A DNA stretch of 32,000 nucleotides from Candidatus Methylomirabilis oxygeniifera (GCA_000091165.1 FP565575.1:480001-512000); one strand, 5' to 3'; shown: positions 9,902 to 19,766, numbered from the stretch's first letter. The notes: generated from the letters alone by a model not told the origin. Numbers and translations are program-made.

Positions 9902-10528
9902 GTGGCTAGATATCGGGATCCCGTGTGCAAGCTTTGCAGGCGAGAGGGGATGAAGCTGTTCCTGAAAGGGGATCGATGCTTCTCCGCCGCCTGCGCGATT
10001 GAGAAGCGGAACTACGCTCCCGGCATGCATGGCCAGCGACGGGCGAAGGTGTCGGACTACTGTAAGCAGCTTCGTGAGAAGCAGAAGATGCGCCGGATCT
10101 ATGGGGTCCTGGAAACGCAATTCCGGAAATATTTTCGTCTGGCTGAGCAGCAGACAGGAATGACCGGTGAAAATCTCGTCAGGATCCTGGAACAACGCTT
10201 GGACAGCGTGGTCCATCGCCTCGGGTTCGCCGCATCCCGTGCACAAGCGCGTCTGCTGATCACTCACGGGCACATCCTCGTGAATGGACGTAAAACGGAT
10301 ATCGCGTCCTATCGAGTTCGTCAGGGCGAGACGATCGAGGTGCGGCCCAAGAGTCGTGAAATGACGGCCATTAAGACGGCTCTTGAAGGGGTCAAGCGGC
10401 GAACATTGCCGAGTTGGCTTGAGCTTGATGCGACCAACATGAAAGGGACTGTCCGGTCGATCCCATCCCGGGAAGAGATCGCTATCCCAGTGGAGGAGCA
10501 GTTGATTGTTGCGCTGTACTCCAAATAA
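9902..10528 (+). CDS. rpsD: 30S ribosomal protein S4 (GTG start, zinc C+ form)
   Basis: MARYRDPVCKLCRREGMKLFLKGDRCFSAACAIEKRNYAPGMHG; GGGAGGAGGGG upstream. Confidence 0.98.
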   Translation: MARYRDPVCKLCRREGMKLFLKGDRCFSAACAIEKRNYAPGMHGQRRAKVSDYCKQLREKQKMRRIYGVLETQFRKYFRLAEQQTGMTGENLVRILEQRLDSVVHRLGFAASRAQARLLITHGHILVNGRKTDIASYRVRQGETIEVRPKSREMTAIKTALEGVKRRTLPSWLELDATNMKGTVRSIPSREEIAIPVEEQLIVALYSK

Positions 10529-10549
10529 TGGTGGGCGTGGGAGGTTTTG

Positions 10550-11578
10550 ATGATTCAGAAGTTTAAGGGCATCCAGAAGCCAAAACGGCTGGAGTGCGAG
10601 CTGGAATCTCTGACCAGCACATACGGCAAGTTTTTTGCGGAGCCCTTTGAACGCGGATTCGGATTGACCATCGGTAATGCGCTTCGGCGCACCCTTCTTT
10701 CCGCCATTGAGGGGGCCGCGGTGACCGCGGTTCGAATCACCGGGGCGCTGCATGAATTCTCCACGATCCCTGGGGTGAAAGAAGATGTTACCGATATCAT
10801 TCTCAATCTCAAGGGGCTGCGGCTGCGACTTCACGTTGACCATCCTAAAACATTATATCTAAAGGCGTTTTCAGAAGGAGAGGTTCGAGCCGAGCATATT
10901 GTTTCGGATCCCGATGTCGAGGTCTTGAACCCGGATCTGCGTATTGCGACGTTGGAGCAGGATGGGAAGCTTGAGCTGGAATTGGAGGTTCGCCTCGGAC
11001 GCGGCTATGTTCCTGCAGAGCGAAATAAACGAGAGGGGCAGCCCGTCGATGTCATTGCCATAGACTCTATCTTCTCCCCGATCCGGAAAGTCAATTTCCG
11101 GGTCGAAGACACCAGGGTTGGCCAGGTCACCGACTACAATAAGCTGACCTTGGAAGTCTGGACTGACGGCAGTGTCCTGCCCCGCGATGCCATTGCGTAT
11201 GCGGCAAAGATCCTCAAGGATCACCTGAGCATCTTTACAAACTTTGAGGAAGAGCCGGAGGGTGAGGGGGTTGTTGTCGACGAGGCGAGGAAGCAACTGT
11301 TGGACAACCTCAATCGAAGTGTTGATGAACTGGAGCTGTCAGTACGATCGGCCAATTGTTTGAAGCACTCGGATATTCGATATATCTACGAATTGGTTGT
11401 CAGGAGTGAGGCCGAGATGTTGAAGACAAAAAATTTCGGCCGGAAGTCTCTGAACGAAATCAAGGAGATCCTTACCGGTATGGGGTTAACCTTAGGGATG
11501 AAACTGGAAGGCCTCCCTGTTGGCGAGTCGATTGGGAAACGCGGTGACAAGACCTCGAAGGCCTTAACGGGGGCCTGA
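10550..11578 (+). CDS. rpoA: DNA-directed RNA polymerase subunit alpha (track includes a TTG at 10547)
   Basis: [36 protein letters not shown]...[22 protein letters not shown]...[21 protein letters not shown]. Confidence 0.98.
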   Translation: MIQKFKGIQKPKRLECELESLTSTYGKFFAEPFERGFGLTIGNALRRTLLSAIEGAAVTAVRITGALHEFSTIPGVKEDVTDIILNLKGLRLRLHVDHPKTLYLKAFSEGEVRAEHIVSDPDVEVLNPDLRIATLEQDGKLELELEVRLGRGYVPAERNKREGQPVDVIAIDSIFSPIRKVNFRVEDTRVGQVTDYNKLTLEVWTDGSVLPRDAIAYAAKILKDHLSIFTNFEEEPEGEGVVVDEARKQLLDNLNRSVDELELSVRSANCLKHSDIRYIYELVVRSEAEMLKTKNFGRKSLNEIKEILTGMGLTLGMKLEGLPVGESIGKRGDKTSKALTGA

Positions 11579-11609
11579 GCTTGGCCTGGTTTTATACGGT
11601 CAGGCAGGA

Positions 11610-12092
11610 GTGCCTGCTATGCGACATAGGAAAGCTGGGAGGAAGCTCGGTCGAACAACGGCTCATCGTGAGATGCTCCTCCGTAATCTGCTGACATCGC
11701 TCTTCCGTTACGAGAAGATCGTAACAACCGAGGCGAAGGCCAAGGAAGCGCGTAAGCTGGCAGATAAGATCATTACGCTTGCCAAGCGCGGAGATTTACA
11801 TGCGCGCCGACAGGCAGCGGAGGTTATCCAGGATGAGGATGTCTTGAAAAAGCTGTTTGATATGATCGGTAGCCGCTATAAAGATCGAAACGGCGGTTAT
11901 ACCAGGTTGACCAAGCTGGAGTACAGAATGGGGGATGGTGCGCCGCTTGCGGCCATCGAGCTTGTCGAGATCGGCGCAGTGGCTGAACCTTCGGCTAAGC
12001 CGGCGAAACGCCGTGGTCGGCGTGGGGATAAAGGCACGGTACCGAAGCCACGGCCGGCCGAACCCATAGCGGCTCAGTCGCCAGGTGCGTGA
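11610..12092 (+). CDS. rplQ: 50S ribosomal protein L17 (GTG 11610 or, more likely, ATG 11619) with a basic C-terminal extension
   Basis: [59 protein letters not shown]. Confidence 0.97.
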   Translation: MPAMRHRKAGRKLGRTTAHREMLLRNLLTSLFRYEKIVTTEAKAKEARKLADKIITLAKRGDLHARRQAAEVIQDEDVLKKLFDMIGSRYKDRNGGYTRLTKLEYRMGDGAPLAAIELVEIGAVAEPSAKPAKRRGRRGDKGTVPKPRPAEPIAAQSPGA

Positions 12093-12134
12093 AGTGGCGA
12101 TCGGTCCTTGAAGACCATAGGTTGATGTAAGCGT

Positions 12135-12176
12135 GATGCCCTTCCCGGTTCGTTCGGGAAGGGCATCGTTGCTTTT
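12135..12176 (+). terminator. Intrinsic terminator closing the ribosomal protein cluster
   Basis: Perfect 13-bp stem GATGCCCTTCCCG (12135-12147) / CGGGAAGGGCATC (12155-12167), 7-nt loop, followed by GTTGCTTTT. Confidence 0.92.
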
Positions 12177-12276
12177 ACGGGGAGAGGATTTGCCCTTTAC
12201 AACCCGTGGGCCGTTATGGTACGAGAAGGGCCTCGGAGGGTTGAGCGGCCCGTACGATATACCGGGGGGAAGGGCA

Positions 12277-14361
12277 ATGAGCGGAACAGAGATAGCCAGG
12301 ATACGAAACGTTGCCATGGTGGCCCATGGGGGCGCTGGGAAGACGACGCTGACTGAGGCGATGCTGTTTGATGCCGGCGTGACGTCTCGCCTTGGGACAG
12401 TTGAAGACGGGACGACCATCACCGACTTCGACGAGGATGAGGTCAAGCGGAAGACGAGCGTCAGCTCCGCTCTCGCCTTCTGCGAGTGGAAAGGATACAA
12501 GCTTAACGTGATTGACACCCCTGGAGCCTCTATCTTTCTGACCGACACCAGGAACTGTCTGAGAGTCCTTGACGGCGCCGTTGTGGTAGTGAGTGCCGTC
12601 TCCGGTGTCAAGGTGCAGACAGAGAAGGTGTGGGCGTGCGCTGAAGCGGAAGGCCTGGCCAGGATGGTTTATATCAATAAGATGGATCAGGAGCAGGCCG
12701 ACTTCTTCAGAGCCTTGGACGATATTCGCAAGAACCTCTGCCAGGCGGCGATACCCGTCCAACTTCCGGTAGGCGCGCACGCGTCCTTTGCGGGCGTGAT
12801 CGATCTGCTGCGGATGAAAGCTTTGATCTACCAGGACGACCTGACGGGGCAGTGTTCCGAAGGAGAGGTTCCTCGAGAGCTGAGACCGAAGGCGGAGCAG
12901 TTTCGGGCGACGCTGATGGAGGCGGTTGCGGACAGCGACGATAGGCTGTTGGAGAAGTATCTTGAAGTCGGTGTGCTCACCGATGAGGAGTTCAAGGTCG
13001 GATTACGGCGAGCGGTGATTGGGGGAAAGGTTGTTCCGGTTCTCTGTGGTTCGGCTGTCAAGAACATCGGCGTGCGACCTATGCTTGATCTCCTGACGGA
13101 ACTCTTTCCATCTCCGGTGGATCGCGAAGCGATGACGGGGATCGATCCGAGGAGCGGCGAGCGAGCGACTCGAGAAGGTCGCGAGGATGCTCCGCTCTCG
13201 GCTTTAGTATTTAAGACACTCGTCGATCCCTACGCCGGTAAGATTAGCCTTCTCCGAGTCTACTCCGGGGTGCTTTCTTCCGATTCGAACGCCTACAACA
13301 GCACCAAAGGGTGCAAGGAAAGGATCGGTCAAGTCGTACTGCTCCGAGGTAAGCATCAAATACCGGTTCAGACAATCGTGGCCGGAGATCTGGGGGCTGT
13401 TGTGAAACTCAAGGAGACCAGCACCGGGGACACCCTTTGCGACGAGCGAAGCCCAATCAGTCTGGAGTCTGTTGGGATTCCACATTCTATCGTCGAGTAC
13501 GCCATTGTACCGAAGACAAGAGGGGATGAGGAAAAAATGAGCTCTGGACTCCAGCGGCTTCGCGAGGAGGATCCATCCCTTCAGATTCGGCGCGACCCGC
13601 AGACCAAGGAGATCATCCTGGCCGGGATGGGTAAGACCCACTTGGAAATTGCGGTCGATCGCCTCAAGCGAAAGTACGGACTCGAAATTCAGATGAAGAC
13701 GCCGCGCGTGCCGTACAAAGAGACCATTCACGGGCGAACTGAGGTTCAGGGAAGGCATAAAAAACAGACCGGAGGGCACGGCCAGTACGGCGATTGCTGG
13801 ATCAAACTTGAGCCGCGTCCCCGTGGTGCCGGGTATGAATTCGTCAATCAAATCGTGGGAGGAGCGATCCCCAAGCAGTACATTCCCGCGGTGGAGAAAG
13901 GGATCATCGAGGCGATGGAAGAAGGGAGTCTGGCCGGGTACCCTGTTGTGGATGTCAAGGTGACCCTCTATGACGGTTCATACCATTCTGTCGACTCCTC
14001 AGAAATGGCGTTCAAGATCGCGGGGTCGTTGGCGTTTAAGAAGGGGATCCTGCAGGCGAATCCGACTCTTCTGGAGCCGATCATGACGGTCGAGGTGATG
14101 GTCCCGGATGAGTGTATGGGGGAGGTGATCGGCGATCTGAACAGCAAACGGGGACGTGTGGTGGGCGTAGAGGCCAAAGGGAAAGCGCAGACGATTAAGG
14201 CGCAGGCCCCTCTGGCCGAGTTATTGGAGTATGCCACGCAGCTCAAGGCCATCACCGGCGACCGCGGTGACTATACGGTGGAGTTCTCCCACTACGATGA
14301 GGTCCCTCCGCATCTGAGAGAGCGGGTGATTGCAGAATTGAAAAAGGCGAAAGGCGAATAG
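12277..14361 (+). CDS. Elongation factor G-like GTPase (EF-G paralogue type); the track start at 12133 lies in the terminator, so ATG 12277 is preferred
   Basis: MSGTEIARIRNVAMVAHGGAGKTTLTEAMLFDAG...DTPG...NKMD; EF-G-like domains II-V (QTIVAGDLGAVVKL...EYAIVPKTRGDEEKMSSGLQRLREEDPSLQ). G1 loop is HGGAGKT rather than the HIDAGKT of canonical EF-G. SD-like GGGGGGAAGGG precedes ATG 12277. Confidence 0.93.
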   Translation: MSGTEIARIRNVAMVAHGGAGKTTLTEAMLFDAGVTSRLGTVEDGTTITDFDEDEVKRKTSVSSALAFCEWKGYKLNVIDTPGASIFLTDTRNCLRVLDGAVVVVSAVSGVKVQTEKVWACAEAEGLARMVYINKMDQEQADFFRALDDIRKNLCQAAIPVQLPVGAHASFAGVIDLLRMKALIYQDDLTGQCSEGEVPRELRPKAEQFRATLMEAVADSDDRLLEKYLEVGVLTDEEFKVGLRRAVIGGKVVPVLCGSAVKNIGVRPMLDLLTELFPSPVDREAMTGIDPRSGERATREGREDAPLSALVFKTLVDPYAGKISLLRVYSGVLSSDSNAYNSTKGCKERIGQVVLLRGKHQIPVQTIVAGDLGAVVKLKETSTGDTLCDERSPISLESVGIPHSIVEYAIVPKTRGDEEKMSSGLQRLREEDPSLQIRRDPQTKEIILAGMGKTHLEIAVDRLKRKYGLEIQMKTPRVPYKETIHGRTEVQGRHKKQTGGHGQYGDCWIKLEPRPRGAGYEFVNQIVGGAIPKQYIPAVEKGIIEAMEEGSLAGYPVVDVKVTLYDGSYHSVDSSEMAFKIAGSLAFKKGILQANPTLLEPIMTVEVMVPDECMGEVIGDLNSKRGRVVGVEAKGKAQTIKAQAPLAELLEYATQLKAITGDRGDYTVEFSHYDEVPPHLRERVIAELKKAKGE

Positions 14362-14408
14362 GCCGTCCCTTATCCGCTCTCCCCCTATCTCCTTCCTTGA
14401 TTTCCCCT

Positions 14409-14436
14409 GTACAATGTAAGAGAAGCATGCTAATTT
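14409..14436 (+). promoter_or_regulatory. Candidate sigma70-type promoter for the rimP-nusA-infB transcription unit
   Basis: TGTACA (14409-14414), 16-nt spacer, TGC-TAATTT extended -10 (14431-14436). Hand match, weak -35. Confidence 0.3.
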
Positions 14437-14444
14437 ATATTCAA

Positions 14445-14471
14445 CGGGCCAATAACGCCCGCTCTTTGTTT
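14445..14471 (+). promoter_or_regulatory. Attenuator/leader-like hairpin upstream of rimP
   Basis: CGGGC (14445-14449) / GCCCG (14457-14461), 7-nt loop, followed by CTCTTTGTTTT. Confidence 0.4.
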
Positions 14472-14489
14472 TATAGGGGATGGTATGAC

Positions 14490-14951
14490 ATGGCTGGTGA
14501 GGTTGTAGAGCGAGTCAGAGCGATCGCCCTTCCGCTCTTCACTGAGTTGGGACTGGAGCTGGTAGACGTTGAGTTCCGTCGAGAGGCAGGCGGATGGATC
14601 CTGCGCCTGTATCTCGACAAACCTGATGGGGTGACCTTGGATGATTGCCAGCGAGTGAGCGAAGAGTTGAGCGATCTTCTTGACGTAGAGAACATCATCC
14701 ACCATCCCTACACGCTTGAAGTGTCCTCTCCTGGTTTGAATCGACCGCTCCTTCGAGAGTCGGATTTTCTCCGCTTTGCGGGCCAACGGGCGAGAGTCAC
14801 GACCTTGCAGGCCGTCGCCGGCCAACGACGGTTTCTTGGCGTTCTGAGAGGTTGCGAGGATGGACAGGTATTGCTGGAACGGGAAGACGGTACGACTGTC
14901 CTCATCCCTTATGCGGCGATTTCGAAGGCTCGATTGGATCCAATCCTCTAA
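14490..14951 (+). CDS. rimP: Ribosome maturation factor RimP
   Basis: MAGEVVERVRAIALPLFTELGLELVDVEFRREAGGWILRLYLDKPDGVTLDDCQRVSEELSDLLDVEN...YTLEVSSPGLNRPL. Confidence 0.96.
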   Translation: MAGEVVERVRAIALPLFTELGLELVDVEFRREAGGWILRLYLDKPDGVTLDDCQRVSEELSDLLDVENIIHHPYTLEVSSPGLNRPLLRESDFLRFAGQRARVTTLQAVAGQRRFLGVLRGCEDGQVLLEREDGTTVLIPYAAISKARLDPIL

Positions 14952-14955
14952 AGAG

Positions 14956-15024
14956 CAGGGTATAGGGTATAGAAGTGAAAAAGGCATTCATTTCGTTCCT
15001 AGACCCTAGACCCTATACCCTGGA
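14956..15024. repeat. Paired inverted heptamer arrays (rimP-nusA spacer)
   Basis: Left CAGGGTATAGGGTATAG (2x gggtata); right tcctaga|ccctaga|ccctata|ccctgga; exact 13-nt inverted arms CAGGGTATAGGGT (14956-14968) / ACCCTATACCCTG (15010-15022). Confidence 0.85.
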
Positions 15025-15030
15025 GTAGAT

Positions 15031-16332
15031 ATGGGTATTGATTTACTACAAGTGATAGAACAGGTCGGACGCGAGAAGGAGATCGATTCGGCCGTACTGA
15101 TTGAGGCGGTGAGCGCGGCCATTCTCTCGGCGTCCCGTAAGACCCTTGGGGCCGCCCTTGACCTTCGTGTTGAGTTCGACCAACGGTCCCGTTGCTTTAT
15201 GCTGTACGCAGTGCGTAAGGTTGTAGAGCAGGTTGTGAATCCGCATGTCGAGATCGCCATCGATGAGGCCCAGCAGCTCAACCCGGAAGCCCAACTCGGC
15301 GATGAGACGAAGACCGAGTTGAAGGCAAAGGAGTTCGGCCGAATCGCCGCCCAAACGGCGAAACAGGTCATCATCCAGCGAGTCAAGGAGGCCGAACGGG
15401 AGAGTGTGTTTCAGGCCTTCAAGGCCCGTGTGGGCGAATTGGTTGGGGGTGTCGTCCAAAGAGTAGCGAAGGGCAACGTTATCGTTAATCTTGGGAAGGC
15501 CGAGGCGATTCTTCCTCCCAGAGAACAACTTCCCCGTGAGGATTACAGGGTCGGCGATCGGATTCGAGCCTATGTACTGGATGTGAAGAAATTACCGAGA
15601 GGGTCCCAGATCGTCCTTTCACGAACCCATCCCGGCCTCCTGGCCAAGCTGCTCGAGATCGAAGTTCCAGAAATCTATGAGGGGATCGTTGAGATCAAGG
15701 CGGTGTCCAGGGATGCGGGTGAACGAGCGAAGGTGGCTGTGGCCTCACGCGACAGCAACGTGGATCCGGTCGGGGCCTGCGTCGGCTATCGCGGCAGTCG
15801 AATTCAAGCAATCGTCAGGGAACTGATGGGTGAGAAGATCGACGTCATTGCCTGGAAGGATGATCCGGCTTCCTTCGTCAAGAGCGCGCTTGCCCCGGCT
15901 GACATTGAGAGCGTTGAGGTTGTGCAGGAGACGCATACCCTTCACGTGCTAGTGGCTGACGGTCAGCTCTCGCTGGCCATTGGGAAACGGGGACAGAACG
16001 CTCGTCTGGCGGCCAAGTTGTTGGGCTGGAAGGTCGATGTGAGGGGCCGTGGCGAGATCCAGAAAGCGTCGGAGGAGCGGCTTCAGCCGGAGTTCGAACC
16101 CGTAGCGTCAACAGTGGAGGGCCGGGCCGGTACGGACCTGCGGTTGGCGGAGGTACCGGGCGTGGGGGAGAAATTGGCCGATCGCCTGATCGAGGCCGGT
16201 GTGGACAGTTGCCGGAAACTGGCCGACGCGTCGGATGAGGCCTTGGTTCAGGTGGAGGGGATTGGTCCAAAGACAGCCCAAAAATTGATCGAGGCTGCGA
16301 AGGCCGCCCTCGCCTTGAGGGATGCAGAATAG
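15031..16332 (+). CDS. nusA: Transcription termination/antitermination factor NusA
   Basis: MGIDLLQVIEQVGREKEIDSAVLIEAVSAAIL...S1 and KH regions (EIYEGIVEIKAVSRDAGERAKVAV; GYRGSRIQAIVRELMGEKIDVI) and a C-terminal HhH region. Confidence 0.97.
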   Translation: MGIDLLQVIEQVGREKEIDSAVLIEAVSAAILSASRKTLGAALDLRVEFDQRSRCFMLYAVRKVVEQVVNPHVEIAIDEAQQLNPEAQLGDETKTELKAKEFGRIAAQTAKQVIIQRVKEAERESVFQAFKARVGELVGGVVQRVAKGNVIVNLGKAEAILPPREQLPREDYRVGDRIRAYVLDVKKLPRGSQIVLSRTHPGLLAKLLEIEVPEIYEGIVEIKAVSRDAGERAKVAVASRDSNVDPVGACVGYRGSRIQAIVRELMGEKIDVIAWKDDPASFVKSALAPADIESVEVVQETHTLHVLVADGQLSLAIGKRGQNARLAAKLLGWKVDVRGRGEIQKASEERLQPEFEPVASTVEGRAGTDLRLAEVPGVGEKLADRLIEAGVDSCRKLADASDEALVQVEGIGPKTAQKLIEAAKAALALRDAE

Positions 16333-16995
16333 GTGGCGGCTGAGCCTTTACGATCGTGTGTGGCCTGCCGCACCAGTCGGCCGAAGGGGGAGCTTATTCG
16401 TGTGCATCCTATTGCCGGCGGGGGACTGGGTGTGGACCTGGGTGGGGGATCGGGTCGCGGGGCGTATGTCTGCCCGAACCACGACTGCTTAGAGCAGGCG
16501 GTAAAAAGGGGTGAGTTTGCGCGCTGCCTGGAGGTGGCGGTTGCGCCGATGACGGTGGAGACCCTCGAAGAGCTGATTCGAGAGCGCGTCCGCCGCAAGG
16601 TCGCCGCTCTCCTTGGACTTGCGCGCCGAGCCCGTAAGGTTGCGTCAGGCGCAGAGGCGGTGGATCGGGCCATCAAGCGCCATGCAGCCCGGTTAATTCT
16701 GAGTGCGGCGGACGCATCGGCGAACTCGGTGGCGAAGTTGCGGAGTGTGGCCGCACAGATTGGCATCGCATGGATGCAGGCCATGGACAAGGAGGAGTTG
16801 GGAGCCGCTCTCGGAGGGGGTCCCCGAGTGTGTATTGCCGTCATGGATCCGCACCTTGCAGGAGCGCTGATGTCTGCGCTGAATAAGATACCAGTGGTGA
16901 TGGAAGCGAGAGAGGGGACACGGTCAGACCGCCGAGTTGGAAGACAGAGCGGAGCGTCGAAAGGTTTGGGGGTGATCCGGCGTGGGAATGATTAG
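16333..16995 (+). CDS. Fused YlxR (DUF448, RNA-binding) and YlxQ-like L7Ae-family protein (GTG start)
   Basis: N-term [18 protein letters not shown]...[20 protein letters not shown] (YlxR); C-term [44 protein letters not shown]...KEELGAALG (L7Ae-like). Confidence 0.9.
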   Translation: MAAEPLRSCVACRTSRPKGELIRVHPIAGGGLGVDLGGGSGRGAYVCPNHDCLEQAVKRGEFARCLEVAVAPMTVETLEELIRERVRRKVAALLGLARRARKVASGAEAVDRAIKRHAARLILSAADASANSVAKLRSVAAQIGIAWMQAMDKEELGAALGGGPRVCIAVMDPHLAGALMSALNKIPVVMEAREGTRSDRRVGRQSGASKGLGVIRRGND

Positions 16996-19381
16996 GGTTT
17001 ACGATTTGGCGAAAGTGCTTGGTATGTCAAGCAAGGAACTTCTTGACCAACTTGAGCGGTCTGGCCTGCAACTGAAGAGCCACAGCAGCAACGTGGACGA
17101 GGATCATGTCAGGTCGCTCCTGGCAGCCGCACCACCTCAGAAGCAAAGTCGCCCCAAGCCCAAGCCGCTGGAGGCACCTCCATCGGTCCACGCCGAGCCG
17201 GTGGAAGGCCGACGTATCAGGACAGGGAAGGCTGAAGCCTCGACGGTACCGACGAAGACCTCGGCTCGGACGCCGACTCGCTCCAAGCTCACCGAGGCGA
17301 AGGTGCCGCCCGTGGTCACGCCGATAACCGAAGAGGCGAGATCCACTGGGGGGGTGAGTCCGGTTGAACAAAAGGGGTCTCAGAAGTCTAAGGCAGTGCC
17401 TGTTCCACAGTCGGTGAAGGAGATGGTAGTTCCCGATCAGCGATCCTTGGTGCCGTCTGAGGCTCCTCGCGAGACCAGGACCGCACCGGCCGGCCTGAAG
17501 GGGGCGCCATCCGGGACCCCGATGCCGTCACCACCTGTCTCCGGCCAGACACAGAGGGCGGCGGCGGTTCCACCGACGCCCCAGGCGCCGGTCCGGGTGG
17601 AGCAGATCGAACGCAAGCCCTCTGCTCCACTGCGTCCGACAGTCAAGATTGCGGAGACGATCACTGTGAAGGAGCTGGCGGAAAGCATCTCGATGAGCCC
17701 TAGTGAGATCATCAAGCAGTTGATCAAGATGGGGATCATGACCACGATGAACCAGCCGCTTGATGTGGAGGTCGTCAAACGCGCGGCCGACCAGCTAGGA
17801 TTCTCAGTGGAAGTGACTCCCCTGGAGGAGACTGTGGCCGAGGCGAAGGAGCTTGAAGATCCCTCGCTGCTTCTTCCCAGGTCTCCTGTCGTGACAATCA
17901 TGGGACATGTCGATCACGGCAAAACCTCACTACTGGATGCGATCCGGCAGACCAATGTCATCGCCTCAGAGGCTGGAGGAATTACTCAACATATCGGCGC
18001 CTATCAAGTCGATCTGCCTGGCGGCAAGATCACGTTCCTGGATACACCTGGCCACGAGGCGTTTACCGCGATGCGGGCGCGTGGGGCACAGGCGACCGAT
18101 ATTGTGGTCTTGGTTGTGGCGGCCGATGACGGGGTGATGCCCCAGACGCAGGAGGCGATCAGCCACGCCAAGGACGCGGGCGTCCCGATCCTGGTGGCGA
18201 TCAACAAGATCGATAAGCCAGGCGCCGATCCGACCCGTGTCAAGCAACAGTTGGCGGAATACGGGCTGGTTCCGGAAGAGTGGTCAGGGCAGACGATTTA
18301 CGCGGAGGTCTCGGCCAAAAAGCAGGTGGGCATAGAGCATCTGCTTGAGATGCTGCTGTTGCTGGCCGAGGTTCAGGAACTCAAGGCGAACCCGCACAGG
18401 TCCGCAAAGGGTGTCATCATTGAGGCCGAACTGGATCGTAGTCGGGGACCGGTCGCGACGGTATTGGTTCAGCAGGGGACCCTGAAGGTGGGGGACGTGA
18501 TCGTTGCCGGATTGCATTCTGGTCGGGTGCGGGCGATGAATAACGAGAAGGGGAAAAGGACCCAGACAGCCGGACCGGCCACCCCCGTGGAGGTGCTGGG
18601 TCTGTCCGGCGTCCCTATGGCTGGAGATACGTTTGTTGTGGTATCCGATGAACGAAAAGGGCGGCAGATCGCGCTCGCCCGACAACAGAAACACCGCGAA
18701 GAGATGATCGTTTCGAAGCACCGCATTACCCTGGACGATTTGCACCGTCGTATCCAGGAGGGTGAGGTCAAAGAACTTCGGATGATTATCAAGGGGGACG
18801 TCCAGGGCTCCGTTGGACCGTTTCGCGAATCGCTGGGGCGGATCGGCACCGACGCGGTCAGGTTAAAGGTGATCCACGCGTCTGTCGGCGCCATCACCGA
18901 GACCGACGTGATGTTGGCGTCGGCTTCCAATGCTGTCATTGTAGGATTTCATGTTCGGCCTGAGCCAAAGGCCCAGAAGCTGGCCGAGCAGGAAGGCGTC
19001 GAGATCCGGCTCTACACCGTGATTTATGACGCCATCAACGAAATCCGGCGAGCGATGGAGGGGCTGCTGGAGCCCAAGTATGTCGAACGGTCGATCGGTC
19101 GCGTGGAGGTTCGCCAGGTCTTTGCTGTACCCAAGGTTGGAGCGGTTGCCGGCTCAACCGTGGTGGAGGGGAAGGTTTGCCGGGACAGTCAGGTCCGCAT
19201 TGTTCGGGACGGCAAGGTAGTCCACAAGGGTCGGGTCGGGTCGCTTCGCCGCTTCAAGGAGGATGTTCGGGAGGTACAAACCGGGTTTGAGTGCGGAGTC
19301 GGCCTGGTAAACTTTAACGACATCAAGGTTGGCGATATCCTGGAAGTCTTCGATCTGGAATCGGTCGCCCAAAAGTTGTAG
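16988..19381 (+). CDS. infB: Translation initiation factor IF-2 (GTG 16982 also possible)
   Basis: [22 protein letters not shown]; [23 protein letters not shown]; [11 protein letters not shown]; [11 protein letters not shown]. Confidence 0.98.
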   Translation: MIRVYDLAKVLGMSSKELLDQLERSGLQLKSHSSNVDEDHVRSLLAAAPPQKQSRPKPKPLEAPPSVHAEPVEGRRIRTGKAEASTVPTKTSARTPTRSKLTEAKVPPVVTPITEEARSTGGVSPVEQKGSQKSKAVPVPQSVKEMVVPDQRSLVPSEAPRETRTAPAGLKGAPSGTPMPSPPVSGQTQRAAAVPPTPQAPVRVEQIERKPSAPLRPTVKIAETITVKELAESISMSPSEIIKQLIKMGIMTTMNQPLDVEVVKRAADQLGFSVEVTPLEETVAEAKELEDPSLLLPRSPVVTIMGHVDHGKTSLLDAIRQTNVIASEAGGITQHIGAYQVDLPGGKITFLDTPGHEAFTAMRARGAQATDIVVLVVAADDGVMPQTQEAISHAKDAGVPILVAINKIDKPGADPTRVKQQLAEYGLVPEEWSGQTIYAEVSAKKQVGIEHLLEMLLLLAEVQELKANPHRSAKGVIIEAELDRSRGPVATVLVQQGTLKVGDVIVAGLHSGRVRAMNNEKGKRTQTAGPATPVEVLGLSGVPMAGDTFVVVSDERKGRQIALARQQKHREEMIVSKHRITLDDLHRRIQEGEVKELRMIIKGDVQGSVGPFRESLGRIGTDAVRLKVIHASVGAITETDVMLASASNAVIVGFHVRPEPKAQKLAEQEGVEIRLYTVIYDAINEIRRAMEGLLEPKYVERSIGRVEVRQVFAVPKVGAVAGSTVVEGKVCRDSQVRIVRDGKVVHKGRVGSLRRFKEDVREVQTGFECGVGLVNFNDIKVGDILEVFDLESVAQKL

Positions 19382-19391
19382 AGAGGTGTCA

Positions 19392-19439
19392 GGTTTCAGG
19401 TTGCGAGTTACGCTTCGCTCAACGCTCAACGCTCGAAAC
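19392..19439. repeat. Paired heptamer arrays (infB-ylxP spacer)
   Basis: Left ggtttca|ggttgcg|agttacg (19392-19412); right cgctcaa|cgctcaa|cgctcga (19416-19436); outer GTTTC / GAAAC. Confidence 0.7.
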
Positions 19440-19450
19440 TGTTGTACCCC

Positions 19451-19738
19451 ATGACTGTTGGGACATGCCGTGTCGAGTTGCATCTGGCCGGTAATACCTC
19501 CCTCAAGGGTAAGCGGCGGGTTGTCAAGGGGATCAAAGATCGTATCCGGGGCCGCTTCAATGTCTCGGTCGCTGAGGTGGATCGCCTTGATGAATGGCAA
19601 CGCGCCACACTCGGAATCGCCTGCATCAGCAACAATGCTCGACTGGTCGACGAGACCCTCACAAAAGTCGTCAACCTCATCGAGGCTGACGCCGACGCGC
19701 TGATTCTCGATTATGAGATCGATCTCATGACCCAGTGA
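19451..19738 (+). CDS. ylxP: DUF503/YlxP family protein (track gives TTG 19442)
   Basis: MTVGTCRVELHLAGNTSLKGKRRVVKGIKDRIRGRFNVSVAEVDRLDEWQRATLGIACISN; conserved position infB-ylxP-rbfA. Confidence 0.93.
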   Translation: MTVGTCRVELHLAGNTSLKGKRRVVKGIKDRIRGRFNVSVAEVDRLDEWQRATLGIACISNNARLVDETLTKVVNLIEADADALILDYEIDLMTQ

Positions 19739-19766
19739 CGTCGTCGGTCTGCTGGTTACGGAGAGA

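Noticed and set aside
12190-12220. TTGCCC...TATGGT as a promoter for the EF-G-like gene
   Set aside because: 19-nt spacing and weak -10 match; not distinguishable from chance by eye.
12133-12276. 48-codon N-terminal extension of the EF-G-like ORF
   Set aside because: It would translate through the intrinsic terminator hairpin; conserved sequence starts near ATG 12277 with a good SD.
14956-15024. Inverted heptamer arms considered as terminal inverted repeats of a MITE/IS
   Set aside because: Only about 70 nt overall, no transposase, no clear target-site duplication, and arms are not shared between loci.
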